From Vitrella brassicaformis CCMP3155 (Eukaryota; Protista; Chromerida): 64,000 nucleotides of DNA. The position numbers were made by a program, and so were the translations under genes. This document shows positions 47,131 to 60,405 of the stretch, piece by piece. The notes beneath the pieces were generated by a model. That model worked only from the letters and a program-made list of their open reading frames with translations, was not told the origin of the DNA and searched no databases. The number at the start of each line of letters is the position of its first letter. Positions within the stretch are counted from its first letter, which is position 1. Where the stretch lies: positions 248,001-312,000 of the forward strand of contig CDMY01000613.1 of NCBI GenBank assembly GCA_001179505.1, in the 5' to 3' direction.

Positions 47131-50100
47131 ATGAGGACGAAAGCATTGCTCGTTCAACTTGTTGTTATCGCATGCTGCTTCACGGCGGCGCTCACAGAGC
47201 CCTGGAAACACCATTTTAAGAGGCACCCATACGAAGAGACGTTCAGCACCAAGCACCCCCCGAATCATTTGGAGGATGTCAGGGACGCCGACGGTACGTA
47301 GGGAGTAATGGCACATGGTCTTGCATTTCTTGTGTCCTTGCTATGTGTTGTTATCCATAGTTGAACTGCTCGAGGCACTGTTCGCACAGGGCGAGGCGTA
47401 CAAGGGCATGCGTAAGTCGTGCAGAGAGGAGAAGATGTCACACAGCGGAGCGACAATACTTTTCTCCGCTTCCATGTGCTCCCGTTCCTCCGCAGTCATC
47501 CCATCGTGGACCAAGAAAGGCGAGCCCGTCCGTGCTTCTGGTCTGCCGTGTCACGTCGTCTGTGGCCAAAAGGGCCACTTCCCATGCCCCTTCCTGGCGG
47601 AAGTTCAGCACACTGTGTGGGGAGGCAAGGTCAGTAATCAACTTACACACCGCCGCGAATACCAAGATGAGCCACCCGCCCCCCATACAATTGGTTTATT
47701 TTGCGTACGTGCATCTGGATGTCTGCAAGGTCTTCCACGTGGACCATCACACAGGGATGACCACGCTGGAGAACGTCCGCACCTTGGGCGGCAAGACCAT
47801 CACAGCAGAGGTGTACGAGAACGAAGGCTCCAAGAAAGATGGCAGGCCTTCCGTGATCTTCGACTACTCCAAGAGCCTTGTCGCCACCGTCAGCCAAATC
47901 ATCGATGAGATCAGACTGGTCAACAAGGACACCCTCCTCTATCTCGGTTCAAAAGAGGATGTGTCCATAGAAGAGAAGCAAGATGTCTATCGGTGGTGTC
48001 TCCGTCTGCTTGCAGGCAAGAGCTATATGATACAAGGAATGGGGAAGGAGCCCGTCTTGCTCGCGTATTTCGCCCTGGAATTCGACGCATTGGTCGACAA
48101 AAAATGCGACCACATTGTGGTACTGACAGAACTGACAGATTGGTGGTGGCACTCCATGCAGCTCAATATCCTCTGCGTGTCAGGTTGGTGGCGGCGCTGC
48201 GGGTACCGGCTTGGCGTTCACTCTCGCAGAGAGCGGCTACGATGTCTGCATTTACGAGCGAGGCGACTACCGCACCAAAACCTACCCGGGCCAGACGATC
48301 GACGGATTCAGCGTCAGTGAGGGAATGCCACCAGGAGTCGAGACACCGCCGTGATGAGTGTCCTGTACGCTTCTGTCTGTTTGCAGGATACTCTGGTCTA
48401 TCCCAAGATCGGCCAGATATACATCACGACCGAGGGTGTCCGCTCACATGTGGCCAACATTCTCTCGGGCGGAACCGCTCTCAGGTAGGCAAGAAAGACT
48501 GTGCATGTCCCCATGTGGGGTGCGACACGACACGAATGGGGCTCATTCCTCCATCATCAACCGGCTCCTCTCTCAGTGCGGGCATTCACATTGAAGAGGA
48601 GCCCGACTACTACCGCTACGTGGAGAGAGAGTTCAGCACCAAAAAGGGTAAAGTCGAATTCTATCAAGACCTCGTTGACGAGGTGAGATGAGCATATACA
48701 TATCCGTGAGATGCCTGCATGCACCGAAGTGGGTTGATGTCTGTCTCTCTGTGTCTGTCTGTCTGTCTGTCTCTCTGTCTGCCGGCTTGCCTGCGTCCGT
48801 CCACTTATGCCAGGCTTTCGAGTGGATCGAGAAATCGCTGCCCGCCGACCTCGTGAGCTATGATCCCGCCTACACTCCTCACTACCTGGAGGCCCTTATC
48901 GCTGCCGGCTTGGGGCCAGACCGCGGCTCCAACAGAAAGGTGCCTCTCGGCGCCGTGCGCGCGGGCAGGTATATATTGGACACAAGTCCATCGGCGGAAT
49001 TAAATTGTTGTCTTCCGTCCCTTGCTCGCTCTTCTTCCTCTCCGTCAGTTTGTTTGAAAACGATGGAAAGGAAATGTCGCCCCACCGAGAGCGCCGCGGA
49101 AGTGACGTGCTGCTGTGGGCGGGGGATCCCTCCAAGAACGGGGGATCTCTGACGGTCAGAGTGCGGCAGACCGTCCTGGAACTCGAATTCGACCATGATA
49201 GCATGAAAGGCGCCAAGGACAAGAAGGGAGGCAGGCCGAAGGCAGTGTGCATCATCTACGCCGACTCGCCGGACAAACTTCCTCTTGAGGACTCTTTGGC
49301 CAACCAGATGGGCATCAAAAAAGTGCTCACCGACGAGGAGAAGCCCATGAATCGGAAGAGGCAGTGTGTGAGCCCGGGAGGCGAGATATGGATGGCCGCG
49401 GGGGCCGTGCTCTCGCCTGTGCTGATGATGCGCAGTGGTGTCGGGCCTAAGGATGTGGTGGACAAGCTCATGGCCAACCAAGGCAAGGAGCCCGTCATGT
49501 ACATGGAGGAGCTGGGCAAGAAACTCTTCGACCGCAACTTTGTCCCCCTCTCAATGTTCCTCAAGACCCCATCCCCGGCCACCATCATCTCCTACGCCGC
49601 CATGCAGCTCGTCGGCGATCACTGCCCGGACGACAAGCACGGCAAACATGACACACTGCTCGAGTAGGCAATCTTGATTATCAATCGGAGCAGCACAAGA
49701 ATGCACGATGACCTGCCTGGTGGGTGGGTGTGCATGTCTCACTGATCCCGCTGTCTGTGGTGGGATGCGTGCAGCATTGGTGAGACAAGCAAACACTGCA
49801 CGTACATCAACCAGGAGGAGGTGCACGGCGGCAACACGATCCGCGGCCTGATCATGGCAACCCGAGCGCCTTTCCCGCCCCACCTGAGAAGCCTACCGTA
49901 AGCCAAAACTGGCACATGCACACACGCGCTGCATGCGCATATCTTGCCCCAGTGAGGTTGACTTTCTCGAGTACCTCCTCCTCGAGTGCGTTGACAAGGA
50001 AAACAGCGTCATCTGCGCCCCGGTGAAGCCACTGCTGCGCTGCCTGGGGTGAGTCTGCCGGCCAGCCAGCCAGCACCCACTACAAACACGTCGACAGACA

Positions 50101-51680
50101 CCCAAGCAATGACGACGGACAGAAAAAAGCAGACGAGCGCTCCCTCTTTCTGCTTGTGTGTCTTGTTGTTTCATCAAGGAAAGCCGCGGGCACTTTCGGG
50201 TTCTCTGCGGTGGTCAAGTCGCGCGGCTACGTCACCGTCAATGAGCACGGTTAGTGAGACAGACAGAGAACGCATGAGCGAAGACATACATGTACGTACG
50301 GTCACCCGCCAAAGGAATACACATAACTGTGTCTGTGTCTGTCTGTCTGTGTGTCGTTGCAGGCGATCCGGTCGTATCGGGTGGCTATTACAACGACCCA
50401 GAGGGCCACGACCTCTTTGCCGCAGTGGAGGCACTCAAGAGATCCATCCGCATGGCCGGCAGGTGACCATACATACCACACAGATGGATGGCGGGGGATG
50501 AGTGCACACACATACGAATGTGATGAAATCGATGAGCTTATCTGTCTTGTCTTGTCTTGTGGGTGCAGCGGTGCGTTTGACGACATCGTCGAGAAGAAGA
50601 CGAGCGTCGGCTGCCCCGCCGTGTACCTCAGCACGCTCCTCAACCTGATCGCCCTGGCAGGCAGACGCCTGCCCGGCGGGGGTTTCTTCACAGTAAGTAA
50701 ACAGATGGACACCTCGCCTCGCCTCGACGCAGCCACGACGTACTTCCCTCGTTCGTTGATCAGGATTGGGAGACGATTCGTCGCAACATCATTTGGACTC
50801 CGGGCGAGGAGGAACCTCTCACGGCCTTCCTGGGCGAACGCGGTCGCAAGCTGATGGCCGAGGACCCTTTCGTGTCGTTTCTGCACGGAATCCGCGACAG
50901 GGTGCTGCAATTCCGGGAGGCTTTGGGCCTCGACAAGGACTCCCCCGGCTGGCTGGGCGACGAGTCACCCGCCGCCAAGTGGCTGTTGGAGGAGATTGAG
51001 AAGGCCAATGATCCCCCCAAGAGACGCGAGATGGCCTGCGACTTGGACAAGTGGGGCAAGCCTTCGGGGCCGGAATGCGGCGACATGACGTTGGAGGAGA
51101 TGCAGATCGAGCACGCCAAGGACATCAACCTCTTCCCGCCACTCCCCAAAGTCATCAACGACCACACCCTGGCCGAATACGTCAAGACGCACGGAAGCTC
51201 CATTTGGCACTGGACCGGGTGAGTGGAGTGAGTCGAGAGGGCCGAGCGGGGGGGTGGACAAGAATGACACTTACACGCCCTCCGTTGGTGGATGTCATGT
51301 GCAGATCGGCACCGATGGGCACCATAGTTGACAGCCATTTCCGCGTGTTCGACATGGATGGGCTCAACATCTGCGACGCCTCCATATTCCCCGACGTACG
51401 TCGCGTCGGTCAATGCACGCGACACATTGGATCTTTCCCCAATGAATATCAATGTGTCTCCTCCCTCCCTGCGTGTGTTTCGACAGATCACCCGCATGAA
51501 CGTGCAGGCGCAGGTCAGTGAGCCAGCGAGCACTGCAGCATGAGACATAAACGGATGCTGACGCGACACGTCCTGGTTCTCTGCTTGCAGTATTTCATGG
51601 TGGGGCGATACTGCGGCTTGGTGCGGCGCAAGAAGGAGGGGTGGGGCGGGCCACACCATGGCCACGATGGCCACCACTGA
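47131..51680 (+). CDS. Secreted GMC (glucose-methanol-choline) FAD oxidoreductase, HOTHEAD/mandelonitrile-lyase-like, with an extra N-terminal domain; multi-exon
   Basis: Signal peptide MRTKALLVQLVVIACCFTAALT. FAD-binding DHIVV|GGGAAGTGLAFTLAESGYDVCIYERG, ANILSGGTAL and EIWMAAGAVLSPVLMMRSGVGP. Catalytic region SSIWHWTG...VDSHFRVFDMDGLNICDASIFPD...MNVQA...YFMVGRYCG. His-rich tail HHGHDGHH* (51680). Confidence 0.9.
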
Positions 51681-52491
51681 TTCTGAATCCGCCGGCTGCT
51701 GCCCCTCTCCCCATACTCACTCACTCTAGCCCGTCTTCACATTAAGTCGTGCGCCTGTTTGCTATAAGGGCGTGTATCTTGTCCTCCTCCTTTGATTGTC
51801 TGCTGCTTAGTGCTGTCTGAGCCAGGTCAATAATCATAAGGCCATAAATAACGTATGTAGAACGAATGGGTTTTAGGGGCAGTCACTAAGCTGGCTTGAA
51901 CGAGGCTTGAATGGGGAGGGGCGCGCAACCGAGCATCTGCTGAGTGGGCCGGTTGCTATATTCTGCCTGCAAGTGAAGTGGATTTGCAGACCTTTGCAGA
52001 CCTTTGCAGACCTTCGCTGGGATATTGCGGACTCGTGTGCTGTTCAAAAAACGCTGAGTCTGGCTGAGGTGCGTGGTCTGCACATTGATTCCTTCACATG
52101 AAGGCCTCGGCTCTCTGCACACACGTATGTGTGGAGATGTGTGTAATTGTGTATCTATGTCCCTCCCTCCCTTCCCCTTGGCCCACCGGCCGACACACAA
52201 GTACATCCATCCATCCATCATTTCTGCCTGCCTGCCTGCCCGCCTGCCTGGAGACACGTCGCATAAGTTACCCACAGTCATGAACCACACAAATGTATAC
52301 GGTCGGTCAGTCAGTCACGTCAGCGCATGCACCCAGCCATGCATGGCCTGGCAGGACCTACCACCCCACCTCAACAAAGCACCCTATCGATCTCGGTCGG
52401 CGGCAGGGAAGCTTCTCCAGCTGTCTGTCTGTCTGTCTGCCTCTCAGTCGTTTGTCCACTGGCTGGCTCATCCGATAGATCGATTGATCCA

Positions 52492-55400
52492 TCAGCCATG
52501 ATGTCCATGGCCTCCCCTGCCCGCCGCGCGCGCCGATCCACTCGCCGGCGTGACGCAGCCCAAATACGCACTCACGTCTTTGCTGTTGCTGTCCTTGCTG
52601 CCTGTGTCGCCCAGGCCCCCCTCCCCCCGACCGCCCTCGTGCCGGCTGGCTTCCTTCTCGCTATCTTTGTCGATCGTCCTGCGTCGGGGCAGCAGCAGTG
52701 GGGGCGGTGGGATGACCCTTTCCCTTTGGTCGTTGTCGTCGTCGTCCCTCCCCAGCAGCTCCCGGTGTGTGGTGCCTTCGCTCCACGAGAGGGACCTCTT
52801 GATGAGCGGAAACGACGACGGGTGGGGCGGGGTGGGGCTGTCGAAGGGCGACAACAGCTCAGACATCGACGAGAAGCGTCGGAACTCATTAATCAGCTTG
52901 GCGCGCCGCGCTTGACGGTCCGACGCTGAATAACGGCCGTGCACAATCTGCTGCTGGTGGCTGGCCTGGAGGGGCAGCATGGTGCTCTCTGTCTGCTGGG
53001 AGGGAGAGGTGGGCGGGTCGGTGCAGCTGCGGGAACACGCGTGTCGATCGGTTTTCGGGGGTCGCGTCATGTCGTCGTCCAGCTGCTGGCCGGCGTCATT
53101 GCCCACCCTGCGGCCACCTCGCTTGTTGAGAAACAGGCAGCTGCACACGAGCGGCTTGTCGTCGGTCGGCACGGTGCCCTCTCCTTGGTCGCTCCACTCA
53201 CTGCTCTCATAAGCGTATTTGCCCCACAAGTGCCGCTGGAACCGCCGCAGCAAGAGAAAGAGGACCAGCATCAGCAGCACGGCCGCAATCACCGATCCGA
53301 TCGCAATGGCCACTGAGGCGGCTGTCTCCTGGCCGGGCGACAGCTGCACCGCCTGACGACTCCTTTTGCCGTCGTCGGGCGAACGGTGAGGCTGTGCAGG
53401 GTGAGAGGGCGGCAGAAAAGAGGACGATGGCTGCTGGGAAGCGACCTTGGAGCTGCTGATGGTCATGGTGGCGGAGGGGGGGAGAAAGGCCGACAGAGAG
53501 GCGCGTAGGACGCTCGACGGCTCAGAGACTCCGGCACTCAACCCTGAGCAAAGAGGCACACAACACAGAGAGAGATGACGGGACACTCGTCAGCGGTCAG
53601 GTCTCTTACTGGTGGATATGGCTGTTGAGTTGAGGCGAGCTGGCCCCTGTGTCGGACCAGGCGCCTCACTGCCGTCACCGGCCGAAGCGGACGGCACCAC
53701 GATGACAGCCATCTCGGTGTTGTTGGTGGGGGTAGACGGGGCGGGGGGCTGGATGGGGGCGTTGTGGCTGACGGTGAAGGTCACAGACAACGGATCGCTC
53801 TCCTTGACCTTGTCGACTGTCACGTGCTCACGCTCGATCGAGAGCGTCTGCAGTCAGTAAGGTAGGCGCCAGACACAGAGGGAAGGGAACGGACACAATC
53901 GGCATGCTGCTGCTGTGGATAGATACCTGTGCCAACTCACCTCCGCCACGCCGCTTCGGATCGCCTCTTTGAGTCCCGACACGTCCGCCCCCTCTCTGAT
54001 GGGCTGGTCAAACGTCACTGTGTAAGACGACCTGTCCTTGTCCTTGTTCCCCCCCATTCGGCCGTCTCGATCTCCGCTGCCAATGACGCCGCGCACAAAG
54101 TCCACCGTACGGTTGAGAAGGTCAGCGAAGGCACCTGGGGGCACGTCCTCCTCGCTCTCGCTTGCCCGCGAAGACGTGCCGCTGCCGCTGCTGCTGCTGG
54201 TTTGTGGCTGCCCTTGCTGCGGTTGTTGTTGACCCTCCGACTCCTCTGTCAGCTTGTTCTCTTTGATGGTGTCATTTTCGTCCTTCTTGAGGTCGAAGAG
54301 GTCAGCGAAGAGGTCAAGGCCGCCCGCGATGAGACCAGCAAACCCTCCGCCGCCCTCGCTATCTTGGTTATGCCTCTCTCTCCTCCTCTCACCCCGAGCT
54401 CTCGGTGCGGCGGCCTCCAGCACCTCTGCGTCACGTTCCTCGTTCACAAATGCATCGTCCTCTGTCGCGACGGCCGTTGGGACGGTAGGTTCGTCGCCCG
54501 GCTCCTCGTCCAACAGCAGAACGTCACCCTCCTCCTCAGAGTCTCCTGTGGTGCCGCCCTCATCTGCCTCATCGAGGGGGGCAGCCGTCGTCGCCTCTTC
54601 TGGCGCAGATGACACTGCCTCTCTCTCGGCCATAGTCTCAGCCATAGCCGTGTCCTGGATGTCGTCATCGTCGCCCCCACTCTCGGGCATCGACTGTCCG
54701 TGAAGCGGCAGCTGCTCTGCCCCTACTGAAGCTGACGCTGACGTGGCTGGCGACAAGGCTGCAGGCGGAAGGACGGCTGCAGGGGGAGCAGGGTCAGCAG
54801 CCTGTAACTGTGAGGACTGCTTGGCTTTGATTGGCAGAGAGGGATACGCCGGCATTGGGACACTGCCGGCGGTGCCGTCGAAGTCGGGCGGTACGGGGGC
54901 CGAGAAGGACATGTCGTTGTCGCCCTCGTTCTCTGGTCTCTGCAGCTGGCCAGCGACTGAGTCGAGGGTCGAGTCGACAACCAGTCCAAGCCACTCCCCG
55001 CCGCTCTGCGGTCCACCACCCCCGGCTCCTCCGCCCGACGCTTCCGAGACCTCGTTGGTGACCTGACCGACGACCTCCATAAACCTGTTGAAGAGCTCCT
55101 TGCGGTCCACGTCGCCCCGCTTGCCCTTGCCGACGCTGCTCGAGGCCTTCTCGTTCTCGCTGCCAGCGAACCAAGCCGCGGCCCTGTCCTCGTAGCCCGG
55201 CCTGTCCTGGTCCACGGACAGGGCGAGGGGAGAGGGGGAATCCTGGTCCTCCTCTTGCTTCTTGCGTCGCTGGTCATCCCGACCCCCTCCTGCTGTTTTG
55301 TTGTCCTCCTTGGTCGTGGAGCCGTCGCCGCCATCCCTGTTGAGCACTGCCGCGAGCTGCTCCTCGAGTGAAGGGCCCTTTTCGCCTTCACTCCGGGCTG

Positions 55401-56303
55401 CTGCCGTGGCGGCGCCCGCTGAGGTCATTGAGTATGGCTCTTCCTCCTGCTTGTTGTGGTGCCTCTCTCTCTCCCTGGCACTGTAGCTGTTGTCCCTGTC
55501 TCGCTTGGCGCCACTCTCCTGCTTGCGCCTTGGGGGTACGGCGGGGGGCGTGACTTGTGACGCCATGTCGCCGGAGTTGTTGGGGTTGGTTAGCAACGCC
55601 GCGTCGGCTGGGGCGGATTGGGGCGATTGGGGCGATTGGGGCACTGTGGGCAGCTGTTGCTGTTGCTGCTCCTTCTCCTGCTGTAGTAGCTGTTGTTGCT
55701 GTTGCTGGGCGGGGCTGCTGCTGCCAGTGACCTCCTGAATGAATGAAGTACGTGGACACACACACACACGGACACACAAGTAAAATGGTGGGGCCGGTTT
55801 GGTTTTTCGTGGTGCTCACTGACCTCCAGCAGCTTGGCCATGCCGCCCATCAGCCGCGTCATGTTGCGAGCAGGCCGGTGGTCACCCTAAAGGAAGAAAC
55901 CGCGTACGCAACAAAATGCATCGCTCGGTTAGTGCCCGGCGGCTCACCTCGTTAGCCAGCCTTCCTCTTCGCTTGGCGGGTTTGGCAGCCGATGTGCTCT
56001 TCTCTGCCATCATATGAAGTCACACAGGCCACATGGAACGACCATGATGTCCAATCTGTGCGGCTTGTTTATCTTTGTCTGTCGGTCTGTCTGACTGTTT
56101 GTCTGTCTGCTCTTGCACGATATGCATGGCGCCACCGACTGACCTCTGAGGGCGAATCCGGCGATGGCATCGACGGCGCTCGTGACGCCCTGCCCGATAG
56201 CCGCCGCCAGCTCCGACGCTTGTGTGTCGGCCGGCTCATCAGCCGGCGCAGACTCGATGATCAAGAGCCACGACAGCAGCAACGTCCACACCAGCATCAT
56301 CAT
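52492..56303 (-). CDS. Type I membrane protein: signal peptide, long acidic/Gln/Ser-rich mucin-like ectodomain, SEA-like module, TM and cytosolic tail
   Basis: MMMLVWTLLLSWLLIIESA signal peptide. SYTVTFDQPIREGADVSGLKEAIRSGVAE|...ERE HVTVDKVKESDPLSVTFTV is SEA-like. TM IAIGSVIAAVLLMLVLFLLL followed by RR. The 3' end is uncertain. Confidence 0.65.
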
Positions 56304-56928
56304 GTCATGTACGCCAGTGGAGGTCTTCAGGGCATGCCTGGCTCTCACTTGCTCTCCTGTTCTTCCCACACGGACACTCCACTTCATTCGGCATGCGCCG
56401 TTGGAGAGTTTAGGGCTCCCGTCAATCAAAACACATGAATCCTGGCCAACTGTGCCAGGCATGGCTGTCGCTTGTGCTCTTCCCCGTCGTGTTTGTTTGC
56501 TGCGCGAGCATGCCTTCCCCTCCTGCGGCGCGCGTTGGCCACCCCACCGAGCGATGCACCTTGCACAGGACATCGTGATGTGGCCGTGGCCACGGCCGAA
56601 GACGGACACTCGTGGAAAGGTCTTAGGTGGTGTATGGCGTACGGGCGGGTGGGTGCGTACGCCTGTGTGTCTGCAGCAGGCCGAGAGTGCTACATAGTAT
56701 GGTATGTGAGATCGACATGAGCCCACTGCACGTGGATGAATTGACTTCAGCCCGCTGGTATGTACACACATGCGTCGCACCGCACACCAGAGACACCCAC
56801 ACCCACAACCACACTCGCACCCCACCCCTTTACTCAGCCCCGCTCTGCTCTCGTCCGCCTTTTACACCACCCGGCTTTGTCTGTCTATCTGTCTGTCTGT
56901 CTGTCTGTCTGTCTGTCGGACGCCCTAG

Positions 56929-59900
56929 CTACGCCCACTTGTTCCGCTCGACAAAGTGCACGAGCGCTGGATCGTCCACTGACACCGGTGGCAGATACTC
57001 ACCCTTGTAACGCCGATGCCACCAGTCACCTGTCATACACAGCACACAGAGCTCAGACAGATCCTTTGCAGACTGATATATGCGTCTTGGTGCGTGTGTG
57101 TCACCAGCGTAGCGTACCTTTGCCGAACCATCCGGTCTCTTTGGGTTTGGTGTACCGGTATTTGTAGTGTGAGGCCCTCACGAAGGTGGGCGGTTGGTCG
57201 GGGAAGGGGTTGTGCGCCATCAGGCGGAGGACCGCTTTTTCGTTCTTCAGCAGCTTGTATCCGAGGTGCACCAGCCAGGGGTGCTGTTTGTAAGATGAAA
57301 AGGCCGCAAACCACTGCAGGGGCGACGCCAGACAGACAACAGGACAGTTCAGGTGCCTTGGGTGTGGGTATGGGTGTGGGTATGGGCGTGGGTGTCAAGT
57401 GACATACCATCAGCCAGTCCAGTCTGTAGTGGTAGGGCGAAATGATGCATGGCCGACGATCGACCCTGCCCGGCTTGCATATGAAGCCATACTCCTGCCA
57501 CACGGCCTCAGGGTCATCCTGCCACGCACCAGGCACACACACACACACAAAGGCAGTTGATGGCTGGCTGTCGGTGTGTGTGTGCACCGGTCGATGCCCC
57601 CTGACTTGACTTGGCTTCACTTGACGTGCATACCGGTCGTGTGGCGTTGGTGCCCTCAAAGATCACCTCTGTGCGCTGTTTCGTGACGGAGCCGAATGCC
57701 CCGTAGGTGTTGACAAGCCTGAACCGATCGAAACTCGTGTTCATCATCTGCACGAAACGCGCAGGCCACGAACCACACAGCAGCAGACCCAGGGTGAGCG
57801 CCTTGTGCGTGCCGGCTCTCTCTCCCTCCCTCCCTCCCTCCCTGGATCCATCCCTCCGTCGCCTACTTGTCGAGACGATATGAGGTTCTGCACGACCGGT
57901 CTAGAAAGCTTGAAGAGCAGCACAAACACGCCCACCTCCACACACGTCCGCAGCACGCTCACCGCCACCAGCCAGACAGCAGCGCCGGGCCTCCTCTTCT
58001 CCCCCGCTCTCCCCTTCACAGCCCTCCCTCCCCCCTGCTGCTGCTGCTGCTCACGAGACTTTCTCTGCTTGTCAGTTGTGGTTTTCTTGGCATCTGCCTC
58101 TGGGGGCGTCTCGTGCGCCCCACCGTTAGTGCTGTCCTCTCTCCCGGCCGCAGTGGTGCGCCTGCGCTGCCGCAGCTGGCCAGTGGGGGTGACTGAGAAT
58201 GCCGTTGGGTCGCTTGCAGGGCCAGGAGGATGCTCGTCGCCTGAGGCGTGTGTCGAGTGGGTGTGGCTGGACTTGGCCGATGGCATGGCGGGGAGGGGCG
58301 GTGGCGGTGGCGGCGACTTGCCTGATGTGAGCTGGCGCACTCGGTCCACTGTGGCCTTGGGGAAGAGGAAACTGCCATCTCACAGTCATCCATCCATCCA
58401 TCCATTGGGGTATGTGATGTGTGGGGGCGTCTGCGTCGTGGCAGGTGCCGCACCTGAGTGAGAGGTCGTCGAAGCAGAAGATTGCAGGCAGGATCGTCAG
58501 CCAGTTAAGGAATGAGAGGTTGCCGGACACAATGAGCATCATCTGGAAGAGAATCTGACACACCACACGGCAATACACACAGATAGACTGTCGTCCTCCC
58601 TCCCTCTCTCCCTCCCTCTCTCCCTCTCCCTCTCCCTCCACCCACGTACTCACCTGGACGGCCCCGCCAAGGAGTCGGCACTGTCGGAGTGGAATGAGCA
58701 GGTTGAAGGACAGGCAGCACTCCACGATGTGGTTGACCAACGTCTCAGCCCAGTGGAACTCCTGCGGATTGTGGTGCAGATACCTGCAGGCAGAACAGAA
58801 CACGACAGGCCACCCACACCACACCCACGAATACGTTATGTTTCGCATACATAAAGTCGAGGCGTCCGTCGAGCAATGGACGAACGTACCACGAAACGGG
58901 GTTTGGGACGGGCTGCGTCTGATTGATGGTGATGGTGGGCCGGGTTAGTTGTCGACATCGATCAGATCGATGGACACACACACCAGGGAGGAATGGAGTG
59001 CAAGGCAGTGGCTGGCATGGCGCACATACATCTGACCTGCCTTAGCCTCTCACCTGGTAGTGGTACCTGCACGCAGACACACACACACACACACACATCC
59101 ATCCATCCATCATTACAGGGTGTCACTGATACCTACTCCATACAGGTCAGGTCGCGCCAGCACGGGTCCCCCCTAATGTGAATCAAGCCACACAATCCAT
59201 CCCGTCAACCGAGTGATGACTGACTGACCCGCAGAACACCCACATACACACAGACAGGTACCTGAGCTTGATCAGGCCGGCCCCCAACATAATACGAAAG
59301 ATGAGCCATCTGCAGATCAGCGCAGCCACACATGGGTACCCGGGGTGCTCACGTACGATGCATCTCTCACGTGAACGAACAGTTATGTAACGGTGCCTAG
59401 ATTAATCACTCTCACCTGTATCCCCATATGCACACGAGCGGCGTCGGCCAGCTGCTCGGCAGTCTCGTGAAGCCCCATGCCAGGGGGCACAGAAAGACTG
59501 CATAAACGGGCAGACAGACAGACAGACAGACAGGCCGACGCTCCCTTCTGGAGTGACTGACGGCCACCTCATCTCACCAACCCATCCCCGCTCACTTGCG
59601 AGGAATCCCGACTCGAGCAATTGCGATTCCCATCCAAAGGAATACCATCGCTGGCCGACGTTGACGATAGAATGATACAGTCCCCACAGCGCCGCCATCA
59701 GCCAGCACGGGCCGCCACCCACAACCACCAGCACCACCGACAAAGCCACGCCAGCCCATGCCACCAATGCCAAATTGAGGCTCGAACACTCAATGAACAG
59801 AAAGATGGACGGCACCTCGGCTACCCGCTGGTACCAAGGGAGCCCCTCCAGCTGCTGCTTCACTTGGCTCATGTAGGTGCGTGCCGGCAGCAGACCGGAG

Positions 59901-60088
59901 GGCCCGATGAGGCCGTCGTTCTGAAGGGCCGCGACGAGGAAGGCGACGCAGTAGATGAAGCCGATGAACCGCAGGAAGACGATTCTTGTCAGCCAGAAGG
60001 AGCCACGCAGCTCAGACTGGGGCGCCAGCGCCCTGAGGCCATCGATGATGGGCGACATACGCCGCTGCGCTGTGTTTCGAGAACTCAT
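56929..60088 (-). CDS. LMF1: Lipase maturation factor (LMF1-like ER membrane protein); multi-exon
   Basis: FWLTRIVFLRFIGFIYCVAFL...GLIGPSGLLPA, YSFGWESQLLESGFL, RWLIFRIMLGAGLIKL, QPVPNP, MLIVSGNLSFLNWLTI, MNTSFDRFRLVNTYGAFGSVTKQRTEVIFEG, KPGRVDRRPCIISPYHYRLDWLM and GEYLPPVS...KWA* (56929). Confidence 0.93.
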
Positions 60089-60405
60089 TCCCCGTCAGAC
60101 GTCGACGGTGATGGATGGATGGATGGATGGATGGATGGAGCGCGAGTCAGATCTGACTTCAAGAACTCACAAGCGCCAACCCAGATCTCACTCGAAGACG
60201 GCTCTCCTCTCGCGAATCAAAGGCTATTCCATATAGCTGCTTGTTCTGTGCGCCGCCTTCATCCCGACGAGGAGCGCCGCGGCACCATCCCTCCTTCTCC
60301 TCCTCCTCCACGTCGCGTGCGAGCTTGAGAGCAAGCAGAGACCGAGAAGCCATCTGCCCCGTTAGATTGATTCATCGTCGGCTGCCCGTGCGTCGGTGTG
60401 CGTCG
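60089..60405. promoter_or_regulatory. Putative bidirectional promoter (LMF1 / TMEM245)
   Basis: Divergent ATGs at 60088 and 60406 (317 bp apart). Confidence 0.45.
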
